Source: Actinomycetes bacterium (GTDB lineage: Bacteria; Actinomycetota; Acidimicrobiia; Acidimicrobiales; Bog-793). From it: a DNA stretch of 64,000 bases. The position numbers and the translations under genes were made by a program. The DNA lies in the NCBI GenBank assembly GCA_021797795.1, contig JAJZZB010000005.1:4514-68513 (forward strand), in the 5' to 3' direction. This document shows, one piece after another, positions 51,786 through 60,940 of the stretch; the stretch's first letter is position 1, and every line of letters begins with the position of its first letter. The notes beneath the pieces are model-generated. The model made no database searches and had not been told where the DNA came from. It was given only the letters and a program-made list of their open reading frames with translations.

Positions 51786-53444
51786 ATGGTTCGGCCTATC
51801 ACCGACGGCTTCGTGCCGTGGTCGCAGGAGGAGTCGGAGCGCTACCGGCGGGCGGGCTGGTGGGCTGGCCGCTCGCTCGGGGACGAGCTCTGGGATGTGG
51901 CCGCCAATCGCGCCGAACATCCGGCACTCGTGGACGGGGACATCCGCCTGACATACGCGGAGCTCGCCGCGCGATCTGACGCGGCTGCGGGGCGGCTGCT
52001 GGACCTCGGCCTCGAGCCTGGAGACCGCCTCCTCGTCCAGCTGCCCAACACGTGGCACTTCGTCGTCCTCAGCCTGGCCTGCTTGCGGACTGGTGTCGTG
52101 CCGATCATGGCGCTGCCGGCTCACCGGGAGCTCGAGTTGGCGCACCTCGCCCAGCTGTCGGAGGCCCGGGGGATCGCGGTGCCGTCTGTCTGGCGCGGCT
52201 TCGACCATCAGGCCTTGGCGGGCAAGCTGGCCGATGCCCTGCCGGATCTCGAGCACGTCCTTGTCGCCGGGGGTGCTCGTGACGGCTCCATCGACCTCGA
52301 CGTCGTGTGCGCCGGCCCCGAGGGGCGACCGCCGGAGTTGGCGTCGCCGAGTGGCGGGGACATCGCGCTCTTCCTCCTCTCCGGCGGCACGACCGGTCTG
52401 CCGAAGCTCATCAGCCGCACGCACCAGGACTACGCCTACAACGCCAGGTGCAGCGCGGTGACGAGCGGCATGAGCGGCGACACGGTGTACCTGGCCGCGT
52501 TGCCAGCCAGCCACAACTTCGCACTGGCCTGCCCGGGCGTCCTCGGTACCCTGCTGAGCGGCGGCACGGTCGTCATGCTGGCCTCACCGGAGCCAGCTGG
52601 CGCATTTGCAACCATCGCCCGCGAGCACGTGACCCACACTGCCGTTGTACCTGCTGTGGCGCAGCGCTGGATGGAGCGCCGGGAGCAGGGGGCCGGCGAT
52701 GATCTGAGCTCGCTCGAGGTTCTCCAGGTCGGAGGGGCGCGAATCGCCGATGAGCTCGCACGGCGTGTCACCCCGCTGCTCGGATGCACCCTCCAGCAGG
52801 TTTTCGGCATGGCCGAGGGGCTCATCAACATGACCCGCCTCGATGACCCGCCGGACGTGATCTGCTCGACCCAGGGCCGCCCCATGAGCCCGGGCGACGA
52901 GGTGCGCCTGGTCGACATAGAGGGTAGGGGGGTCGGGCCCGACGAGTCCGGACTGCTCCTGACCCGCGGGCCGTACACGCCCCGCGGCTACTACCGAGCG
53001 GAGGAGCAGAACGCGAGGGCGTTCACCCCGGAGGGTTGGTACCGCAGCGGAGACGTCTGCCGCACGACCCCGGAGGGCAATCTCGTCGTCGAGGGCCGCG
53101 ACAAGGACATCATCAACCGCGGCGGCGAGAAGGTGTCAGCGGAGGTGGTCGAGAACCTCGCGTACCAGGTCGCCGACGTGCGAGAGGCGGCCGCTGTCGC
53201 CATGCCCGACCCGGTGCTCGGTGAGCGGGTGTGCCTCTATGCCGTCCTCAGGCCAGGGGCGAGTCTGGACCTCACGTCCCTGCGCGCTCGGATGACCGAG
53301 GCAGGGGTGGCCGCCTACATGCTGCCCGAGCGGCTCGAGCTCTGCGACGAGATCCCGAAGACTCAGGTGGGAAAGATCGACAAGAAGGCCCTGCGCGAGC
53401 GAGTTGCCCGGCTGGCTGCAGCCGGAGAGCTGTCTGCGCACTGA
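51786..53444 (+). CDS. DhbE/EntE-type aryl-acid adenylating enzyme / aryl-CoA ligase, paralog 3
   Basis: ORF 51615..53444 trimmed to the ATG at 51786, after a purine-rich GGAGGAAGAAGGGGAAGC. LLSGGTTGLPKLISRTHQDY, SHNFALACPG, LQQVFGMAEGLINMTRLDDP, RGGEKVSAEVVE, GKIDKK. Confidence 0.8.
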   Translation: MVRPITDGFVPWSQEESERYRRAGWWAGRSLGDELWDVAANRAEHPALVDGDIRLTYAELAARSDAAAGRLLDLGLEPGDRLLVQLPNTWHFVVLSLACLRTGVVPIMALPAHRELELAHLAQLSEARGIAVPSVWRGFDHQALAGKLADALPDLEHVLVAGGARDGSIDLDVVCAGPEGRPPELASPSGGDIALFLLSGGTTGLPKLISRTHQDYAYNARCSAVTSGMSGDTVYLAALPASHNFALACPGVLGTLLSGGTVVMLASPEPAGAFATIAREHVTHTAVVPAVAQRWMERREQGAGDDLSSLEVLQVGGARIADELARRVTPLLGCTLQQVFGMAEGLINMTRLDDPPDVICSTQGRPMSPGDEVRLVDIEGRGVGPDESGLLLTRGPYTPRGYYRAEEQNARAFTPEGWYRSGDVCRTTPEGNLVVEGRDKDIINRGGEKVSAEVVENLAYQVADVREAAAVAMPDPVLGERVCLYAVLRPGASLDLTSLRARMTEAGVAAYMLPERLELCDEIPKTQVGKIDKKALRERVARLAAAGELSAH

Positions 53445-53720
53445 TCGGCTGCCCGGCATGCGCCGGTGGTGCCGCGAAGTCAAGGGGGGCGAGCCATCGG
53501 CCGACACCTGGTACGCGAAGCACTCGCCGCGTGGGGCGCTTGAGCGACTTGCTGGCGGGCCGTGAGAGCGACGAAGGACCGGGTCCCTTCGGGCTCCCAC
53601 TGCAGTCTTCCAGGTCGGCCGTTGAGCATGCTTGCCGACAGGGACCGGGCCGGAGAGGCGCCTCCGGACAGCCACGGCCGGAGCGGCGGTCGCCCCCGAA
53701 TGCCCTGACGCCGTCGCCGC

Positions 53721-54953
53721 TCACGAGCTCTCCTCTGCGCCGCCGAACCCCCGAGGGGTCTGAGCTCTCCACAGCGGGATGAACGCCAGGACGGCGACGC
53801 ACTGGACCGCCACCACGAAGTAGATGGCGTCGTCGATCGAGATGTCGTAGAAGACGCCGATGAGGGCGGAGCCAGCCAGCCAGGCCACCCCGTAGACGGC
53901 GGTGAAGGTCCCGAAGCCCACGCCGCGCCGGCCGGCGGGGACGAGGTCGGCCACCGCCGCCCGCATGGTCGACTCGTGCACGCCCATCACCGCTCCCCAC
54001 AGCACGGCACCGGCCGAGACGAGCGGTACCGCCGTCGAGAACGACAAGAACGGCACCGCAGCTCCGAGGAGGGGAAGCACCACGAGGCCACGCAGGCCGA
54101 ACCGGTCGTACACCCGTCCCGAGACGAGGGCAGTAAGGGCGGCGACCCCCATGGCGAGCGCGTACAGCACGGGGATGACCGGTTCCGAGACGACGTGGTG
54201 GCGCTGAAGGTGGTAGGCGAGTACGGCGAAGGTGGAGAAGCCGGCGAGCGTGGCGGCGCTGAAGGCGGCGTACTGCCAGTAGCGACGGCTGAAGCCCCGC
54301 AACGACACCGCCCTCGTCTGGGGTGCCCGGACGCCCCGGTCGTAGGCGGCGGGCACCGGGACCCGGCGGCGCAGGTACCCGAGCACCGCCAAGGCGGCCA
54401 CTCCGGGGACGGCCAGCACCACGAAGGCGTCATGGTAACCGTGGTGGGTCGCGAGCACCGCGGCCACGACGAGCGGTCCGACCATGGCGCCCGACTGGTC
54501 GAGTGCCTCGTGCGCGGCGAAGGCGCGGCCCCGGCCGAGGTCGACGCTCGCCTCGGCGAGCATCGTGTCACGGGCCGGGGTCCGCACCGCCTTGCCGAAT
54601 CGCTCCGCCACGACGAGCAGGCAGGCGACGCCGAGCGGGCCACCCGCGCCGAGCAAGGGCACCGATACCACTGTGATGGCGTAGCCGGTGATGCTGATGG
54701 CCCACTGCCGGCCGCTGCGGTCCGACCAGCGACCGCTCGCGAGGCGGAAGACGAGCGCCACTGCCTCGCCGAGTCCTGTGATGACACCGACGAGCGCTGC
54801 GGAGGCTCCGTAGGTGGCCAGATAGGGACCGACGATGCTGCGCGCCCCTTCGTACACGAAGTCGGCGAGGCCGCTCACGACGCCGAAGACGAGCACGAAG
54901 CGGAGTGGACCGAGCCGGTTCGGGCCGGTCGTCTCCCGCACACCCTCGCTCAT
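53721..54953 (-). CDS. MFS transporter
   Basis: ORF 53721..54989. I prefer the ATG at 54953 (MSEGV...); the start is uncertain. About 12 hydrophobic segments and an MFS-type loop motif (GRWSDRSGR). Confidence 0.75.
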   Translation of the reverse strand: MSEGVRETTGPNRLGPLRFVLVFGVVSGLADFVYEGARSIVGPYLATYGASAALVGVITGLGEAVALVFRLASGRWSDRSGRQWAISITGYAITVVSVPLLGAGGPLGVACLLVVAERFGKAVRTPARDTMLAEASVDLGRGRAFAAHEALDQSGAMVGPLVVAAVLATHHGYHDAFVVLAVPGVAALAVLGYLRRRVPVPAAYDRGVRAPQTRAVSLRGFSRRYWQYAAFSAATLAGFSTFAVLAYHLQRHHVVSEPVIPVLYALAMGVAALTALVSGRVYDRFGLRGLVVLPLLGAAVPFLSFSTAVPLVSAGAVLWGAVMGVHESTMRAAVADLVPAGRRGVGFGTFTAVYGVAWLAGSALIGVFYDISIDDAIYFVVAVQCVAVLAFIPLWRAQTPRGFGGAEESS

Positions 54954-55135
54954 CGGCTCCTGCCTACCCCACCGGGGATCGCGGTGCACCCGCGCCGCCG
55001 CTCTCCATCGCCGTGGGCCTGGCGGAGGCCGGTGTGCCTACGACTGCCGCCAGCCCCGGCGAGCGGCGCCGGTCACACGTAGCCCACCGAGGTCCAGATT
55101 GCCGCGCCCGCCCCGATCCGGTAGTCATCTTCTCC

Positions 55136-56470
55136 ATGGCAACCGCCTCCCTCGAACAGCGCTATCGGGGGCGCAGTCTCTGGCTCGACCACGCGCCCGG
55201 GCCGCTCTCGCCTCGTCCGTCCCTCTCGGGTGACGCCCAGTTCGATGTGGCCGTCGTCGGAGCGGGCTTCACTGGGCTGTGGACCGCGTACTACGTGAAG
55301 CGAGACCGGCCCGACGCCCGAGTCGCCGTCGTCGAACCGGAGATTGCCGGCTTCGGGCCGTCGGGCAGGAACGGCGGCTGGGTGTCGGCCAGGATCGCTG
55401 GCAGCCCGAGCGTCTATGCCGAGCGGCACGGGCCCGAGGCGGTCCGGCGGGCGGAGCGGGAGACCTTCTCGACGGTGGACGAGATCGGCCGCGTGGCGCG
55501 AGAAGAGAGGATCGACTGCGGCTTCGAGAAGGCGGGCACCGTCGACCTCGCCATGACGGCGCCTCAGGTCTCGCGCGCCCGCAGCGAGATCGATGCGGCC
55601 CGAAGGATCGGCCTCGGCGAGGACGACGTGCGGGTGCTCGAGGCGAGCGAGCTCGAGCAACTCGTGTGCGTCCCCGGCTGCCGGCTCGCCCTCTACTCTC
55701 CCCACTCCGCCAGGATCGACCCGGGCGCGGCTGGCGAGGGGAGTGGCCGAGGCATGCGAACGCGCCGGCGTGGTCATCTTCGAGCGGACCGAAGCGCTGC
55801 AGGTCGTCCCGGGGCGGGTGCGGTGCCGCCAGGGCACACTGACCGCGGACCACGTCCTTCGCGCCACGGAGTCGTACACCACCGAGCTGGCGGGAGAGAA
55901 GCGCCGCTACCTCCCCCTCTACAGCCTGATGATCGCGACCGAGCCGTTGTCGGAGGCGACCTGGCGGGAGCTCGGCTGGCGTGACGGGCTGACCATCCGG
56001 GACAAGCACCACGTCTTCTTCTATGCGCAGCGCACGACCGACGGCCGGATCGCGATCGGCGGCCGCGGCGCGCCCTACCACCTCGACAAGCCGATCGATG
56101 AGGCGAGGGAGCGCAACGCCGGCGTATACGAGCGTCTGCAGGCGACGATCCGTCGGCACTTCCCGGCGGCCGGCGATGCGGCCGTCACGCACCACTGGGG
56201 TGGCCCGCTCGCCGTTCCGAGAGACTGGTGCATGAGTGTCCACTACGAGCGGTCGACCGGCTTCGGCTGGGCAGGCGGCTACTCGGGTCATGGGCTCGTC
56301 GCGTCCAACATCTCCGGCCGCACGCTCGCGGACCTCGTTCTCGGCCACGACAGTGATCTCGTGACGCTGCCGTGGGTCGGCCACCGGGCTCGCCCCTGGG
56401 AGCCGGAGCCGCTGCGCTACCTGGCGTCGCAGGCGATCGTCAACGTCCTCGCACACGGCGCAGCCGTGCG
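55136..56470 (+). pseudogene. FAD-dependent (DAO-family, PuuB-like) oxidoreductase, frameshifted and 3'-truncated
   Basis: The N-terminal part is in the frame of ORF 54905 (FDVAVVGAGFTGLWTAYY ... HSARIDP). It continues in the frame of ORF 55593 (ARLARGVAEACERAGVVIFE ... PWEPEPLRYLA) if one G of the GGG run at 55722-55724 is skipped. Homology fades near 56455-56490. Confidence 0.7.
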
Positions 56471-56499
56471 GGTCTGGCCCGGTGACGACGAGGGTGACC

Positions 56500-57001
56500 A
56501 CCCCTTCCAGGGCCGACTGGCGGCTCTACCAGGCTCAGTCGCTGACCCTCGCCGCCCAGGTCGAGGCGTTCCAGTCGGCCGCAGCCAAGGCCGGCATCGA
56601 CATCGTGCTCAGCCCCCAGACCGTCCCGACCATGGACTCCCTCGGCGGCGTCTGCCCGGGTTCCCCGCCGTGCAACTGGGGGATCAAGATGTTCGCCAAC
56701 TGGCTCTGGGACTACGGCGACACGGACGTCGAGCCGACGGGAGGACAGTCGTTCGGCACGGGCAACTACTGGGGCGGGGGCTTCAGCTCCAAGCAGGCTG
56801 ACGCGCTGATCAAGGCGAACGCACCGGGTGTCCGGGCTCGCTCCTCTCTACGCCTACCAGAACTACATCTCCCGCCAGGTAGCTGCTCTCTGGTTCCCCA
56901 CCTGGGCCAACCAGATCTCGGTCGTGAAGAGCACGCTGCACGGGTGGCAGCCTCAGCAGACCTTCGGGTTCCCCGAGTGGTCGAACTGGTACTACGGCTG
57001 A
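56500..57001 (+). pseudogene. 3' remnant of a family-5 (peptide/nickel type) ABC substrate-binding protein gene, frameshifted
   Basis: AKAGIDIVL...WLWDYGDTDVEPTGGQSFGTGNYWGGGFSSKQADALIKANAPG (frame of ORF 56482), then LAPLYAYQNYISRQVAALWFPTWANQISVVKSTLHGWQPQ...WYYG* in the +1 frame. The shift is near 56825-56835. No N-terminal two thirds of the gene. Confidence 0.6.
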
Positions 57002-57409
57002 GGGGGCGGTCGGTGGTGTCGTGGGCTCGGGTCGCCCCGTCCCCGTCGGGCTCGCTTCGAGCAGACCGAGCGGCCTGAGCCCACCACGACCGGGCTGGTC
57101 CCCTCCGGCCCGGTGGCATGGCCGACCGCGGACCGTCGCCGTCCATGGCGGCTCACCGCCCTGCTCCGACACTCTTCCGGACCGCACCGGGGTGGATCGC
57201 TGTTCTCTCACCGCCGCCAACGGCGTGCCCCGGCCAGAACCGGGCGAGGGCTGCAGGCGGTCGGGACGACACCGCGAGGGCGCGCCACGCCGAGAGCCTG
57301 TCGGCCTGCCCGACCGCCGTGGGCCTCGGCGCTCCTCGGGGGCATCGGGTCGCCATGGCGTCCACCGATGCAGCTGCGCCCGCACGGGCCGGGACCCGAC
57401 GACCGGTAG

Positions 57410-57887
57410 GCCGGATGCCCGGCCAAGCCGTCCGACGTCGAGTGCCTTCGTGCGCTCGCCGTCCTGGCCGTGGTCGCCTTCCGCGCCGGCGTGCCCCGGG
57501 GTCGGCGGCGGTTGTGCCGGCGTAGACGTCTCCGTCGTCATCTCGGGATACCTCATCGGCGACGACCTCTTCGACGGGCTGCGCGCCCGGGGCCGGCTCT
57601 CCTCGGCCGGCTTCTGCACCCGGCGTGCACGCCGTCTCCGGCCCTCGGCTGTCCTCGTCCTCGTGGTGACGACAGCAGTCTCGGCCGCCGTCCTGCGGCC
57701 GCCCGAGGTGCCCCCTGTCGAGCGGGACGCACTGGCGGCCACGGCCTATGTCGCCGACCACCGCTTCGCTGCCGAGGCGAAGAACTACCTGTCCGGCCAC
57801 GCCACGAGCCCGTTCCTGCACCCGAAGGCCGGTCGCCGGCCCGGGCGGTCTCTTGATCGCCGTCACTTTCCTGGCTGCCACAACTGA
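57410..57887 (+). pseudogene. acyltransferase-3 (OafA/YrhL-type) gene fragment, frameshifted, lacking start and 3' part
   Basis: DVECLRALAVLAVVAFRAGVP in one frame, then GGCAGVDVSVVISGYLIG...FCTRRARRLRPSAVLVLVV...AATAYVADHRF...SPFLH in the +1 frame. The shift is in the CCCCGGG run at 57494-57500. No in-frame start after the stop at 57407-57409, and it is truncated where H.WSL is expected. Confidence 0.55.
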
Positions 57888-57931
57888 GCACCGGGCCAGA
57901 GGCCCGAGCCGGGCTCTGGCGCCCACAGGTC

Positions 57932-57959
57932 TTGACTATCTCTCCAAGGTGGTCATACT
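57932..57959 (+). promoter_or_regulatory. sigma-70-like promoter for the SARP-ATPase-TPR regulator
   Basis: TTGACT (57932-57937), a 16-nt spacer, then CATACT (57954-57959). An in-frame GTG at 57968 lies 8 nt after the -10, so a leaderless transcript is possible. Confidence 0.4.
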
Positions 57960-57967
57960 TCGGGGCT

Positions 57968-60940
57968 GTGGGTGCGGGGGCTGTCGTCCTCACGCCGCCG
58001 ACGAAGGTGGGCGACGCAGAGAGTCGTCCGCCGCCTGTGTCGGCGCGGCTGCTGGGTTCTTTCGCGGTGTGGGTGGAGGAGCGAGAGGTGGAGGGCTGGC
58101 CGCGCCCTCCGGCTCGGCGGCTGGTGCAGCTGCTGTTGATGGCAGAGGGGCACAGGGTCACCAGGGTCGAGGCGGCGGGGGCGGTGCTGCCTGACGCTCC
58201 CCCCGAGCAGTGCCGGCGGGCGGTGAGCAAGGCGTTGAGCCAGGCCCGCGAGGTGTTGGGGGCGAGGGCGATCGTGGCCGAAGGCGCCTATTTGCGCCTG
58301 GGCGGCGAGGTGGGAACCGACCTGGACGAGGTTCGTGGCGGGTTGCGCTCGGCGTTGGGGATGGGGTCCGGGGCGGCAAGGCGACGGCTGCTCGAGAGGG
58401 AGTTGGAGCGAGTGTCGCCGCTGCTGCCAGGCGAAGCGGACGCCGACTGGGTGGGTAGTCCGCGCCGGCAGCTCGGGGAGCTGGTGAGGGCTGGGCGGGT
58501 GGCCTTGGCAGAGGAGATCGAGTCGGCGTCGGGATCGACGGAGGGGTGGGAGAGTGCCTTCGAGGTGGACCGCTCCGACGAGGAGGTTGCGGTCGGCCTG
58601 ATCGGGGCTCTTCGCCGGACCGGCGCGGACGCCCGGGCCGTCCAGGTGTACCGGGCGTGCCGCGCCGAGCTGACCCGGCATGCCGGTGCGAGTCCTTCGG
58701 CCCAGCTCCAAGACGCGGTTCGGGGTCTCTTCCCGGTCGCCCCCGAGCCGATGGGTGTCGGGGGTGGCCTGTTGGGGCGCGACGCTGAGATGAAGTCGAT
58801 GCTGGGATGGCTGCGCGGGGCCGAGGACCACGCCGGGGGGGCGGTGTTGGTGTCGGGGCTGGCGGGGATCGGCAAGACGGCGATCCTGGAGGCGGTGTCC
58901 GCCTCGCTGCGCCAGCAGGGCTGGCGGGTGGGTTGGGCGGTGGCCGGTGCCGGCGACGAGCTGGTGCCCTATTCGGCCCTGCGGGCGGCGTTGGCCGATG
59001 TGCTGGGCTCGGCTCCATCGGGGGTGGGGGTCCCTGCTTCCATCCGGGCGCTTCTCAGGACGGGCGGTCGTCGACGATCAGAGGTCCGCTGGGCACTGCC
59101 GATCCTTGCGGCGGATCTGGCCGGTTTGTTGGATCGCCTGGCTGCGGCCGCCCCGGTGCTGTTGGTCATTGACGATGTGCACCGCTGTGATTCCGCGACC
59201 CATGACCTGGTTGGTCGGGCAGTGACCGCCAGACCGGCCCGGTCGTGGTCGCTGCTCATGTCGGCTCGAACCGACGAGCCGGGTCGTGCGGTGCCGGTGC
59301 TTCCCAACGAGGTGTTGGTGCTTGGCCTGGGAGGCCTTGAGGTGTCGGTGGCGCAGGCACTGGCCCGCCGCCACCTGGAGTCGGCGGGGGTGGCGCCGGA
59401 GCGGCGGGAGGAGCTGGCGACCCTCGTGGGAGGCTGGAGCGGGGGTAACCCGTTGTTTCTGGTCGAGCTGGTCCGCCACGTGGCCGCAGGGGGGGTGGTG
59501 TCGGCTCAACAGATCGGCTCGGTGCCCGCACGGGTGGTGGAGCTCTTCGAGCAGCGGCTGGCAGGGTGTTCGACCGGGGCGCGGTCGACCCTGCCGCTCG
59601 TCGCGCTGGCCGAGCCGCACACCGACTTGGCGCTGGTTGCCGAGCTGGAGCAGACCCTGGGCCTCGACCGGGCTTTGGCGGCGGGGGTGATCGACGAGCT
59701 GGTCTCCTCGGCGGTCGTGGTCTGGACGAGAGGGAGGCTGCGTCTGTCGCACCCTTTGTGGCGCCAAGCCGCCCTCTCGAGGTTGAACCCGCTGCGCCTG
59801 GCCAGCTTGCACAGTCAGATCGCCGACGCCTTGGACCGCCTTCCCGGCCGGGAGCTTGTGGCAGCCGGCCACCGCATCGGGGCGTTTCGCTCCGTGCCGG
59901 TGGCGGACTATGCCGAGGCCGCTGCGCGCGCCGGGCTGGACGCCGGGCACGTTGCGCGCAGCCTGGTGGCTGACGACTCAGCGTTGCAGCTGCTGGCAGC
60001 AGCCCTGGCCGCGTTCGAGGCGGTTCCGGCCAGCCGCCGTCGGAAGCTCCGCCGAGCGGCATTTGCGGGGTGGATGGACATCGGCCATATCCGCAGCGAC
60101 CGACTGGAGCTCGACGCTGCCGCCGCCGCATTCGAGCAGGCGCTTGGGCTGGCAGGGGGTAACAACGAGTTTGCCGCCGGCTGCAGCGCCTTGGGCGGGG
60201 TGTGCTACAAGCGCGGCGACTTCGAGCAGGCTGAGGCCACCTATGAGCGTGGGCTGCGCCTGGTTGCCGGGAGATCGGTGTGGGCCCAGGCTCGTCTCGG
60301 GGCTGACATTGCCTGGGCTCGCCACCGCCGTGGCGATGTCGACGCTGCCCTTTCGGGTCTGGCCGCCGCCGCTGCTCAGTTCGCCTCGACCAAGGACAAG
60401 GTGAGCACGTCTCGCTGTTTCGATCTGCTCGCGGTGCTGTTGCAGGCGGCGGGTCGTCTCGACCAGGCGTTCGCCGCCTCCGACAGGGCCTTGGCCATCG
60501 CCGAGCGCTGCAGGGACGTTCGTCTGGTCCCCAGCCTGGCCATTCACCGCTCGGGGCTGTTGCTCGCCGCCGGCTCGGCCGCCCAGGCCGAGAGCGAGGC
60601 TCGCCGCGCGCTTCGAGCGGCCCGCCGTATCGGCGACCGTTATGTGGAGACAGTGGCCCAATGGCAGCTGGCGGATTGTCTTGACGCCACCGGCGATCTC
60701 CAGGGTGCGCTCGCATGCCGTCGGAGCGAGCAGGCGGTGCTGGCCGAGCTGGGCAACAAGGTCCACCTGTCTCGCTGCCTGTCCCATCAGGCCAGCCTGC
60801 TCCACCGGCTGGGCCGAGGCCGCGAGGCCCTCGATCACGCCGCCCGGGCGCGACAGGCAGCGGCCGACACCGGCGACGCCGGTCTCTGCGAGCTTGTGGA
60901 AGAGAGGCTGGCGACCATGGGCGGGGCTCGGGTGTCATAG
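57968..60940 (+). CDS. AfsR-like regulator: SARP (OmpR-wHTH + BTAD) - AAA/P-loop ATPase - TPR
   Basis: ORF 57932..60940. The TTG at 57932 coincides with the -35 box, so I prefer the GTG at 57968 (alternative GTG at 58007 has no spaced SD). SARP N-terminus (ARLLGSFAVWVEEREV...), BTAD (AVQVYRACRAELTRHAG), Walker A GLAGIGKT, Walker B LLVIDDVH and C-terminal TPR-like repeats. Confidence 0.7.
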   Translation: MGAGAVVLTPPTKVGDAESRPPPVSARLLGSFAVWVEEREVEGWPRPPARRLVQLLLMAEGHRVTRVEAAGAVLPDAPPEQCRRAVSKALSQAREVLGARAIVAEGAYLRLGGEVGTDLDEVRGGLRSALGMGSGAARRRLLERELERVSPLLPGEADADWVGSPRRQLGELVRAGRVALAEEIESASGSTEGWESAFEVDRSDEEVAVGLIGALRRTGADARAVQVYRACRAELTRHAGASPSAQLQDAVRGLFPVAPEPMGVGGGLLGRDAEMKSMLGWLRGAEDHAGGAVLVSGLAGIGKTAILEAVSASLRQQGWRVGWAVAGAGDELVPYSALRAALADVLGSAPSGVGVPASIRALLRTGGRRRSEVRWALPILAADLAGLLDRLAAAAPVLLVIDDVHRCDSATHDLVGRAVTARPARSWSLLMSARTDEPGRAVPVLPNEVLVLGLGGLEVSVAQALARRHLESAGVAPERREELATLVGGWSGGNPLFLVELVRHVAAGGVVSAQQIGSVPARVVELFEQRLAGCSTGARSTLPLVALAEPHTDLALVAELEQTLGLDRALAAGVIDELVSSAVVVWTRGRLRLSHPLWRQAALSRLNPLRLASLHSQIADALDRLPGRELVAAGHRIGAFRSVPVADYAEAAARAGLDAGHVARSLVADDSALQLLAAALAAFEAVPASRRRKLRRAAFAGWMDIGHIRSDRLELDAAAAAFEQALGLAGGNNEFAAGCSALGGVCYKRGDFEQAEATYERGLRLVAGRSVWAQARLGADIAWARHRRGDVDAALSGLAAAAAQFASTKDKVSTSRCFDLLAVLLQAAGRLDQAFAASDRALAIAERCRDVRLVPSLAIHRSGLLLAAGSAAQAESEARRALRAARRIGDRYVETVAQWQLADCLDATGDLQGALACRRSEQAVLAELGNKVHLSRCLSHQASLLHRLGRGREALDHAARARQAAADTGDAGLCELVEERLATMGGARVS

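Noticed and set aside
28976-53444. Interpretation of the three DhbE/EntE-like genes as a catecholate or salicylate siderophore NRPS cluster.
   Set aside because: No aryl-carrier protein, isochorismate synthase, isochorismatase, DHB dehydrogenase, condensation/thioesterase domains or siderophore transport genes are visible. The neighbours are catabolic (thiolase, crotonase, SDR, decarboxylases, ring-cleavage enzymes).
57932-60940. STAND/AAA-TPR protein as an antiviral Avs-like or other defence NTPase.
   Set aside because: The N-terminal module is a SARP-type DNA-binding plus BTAD domain rather than a nuclease, protease or other effector. The architecture matches AfsR-type transcription regulators, and no other defence genes flank it.
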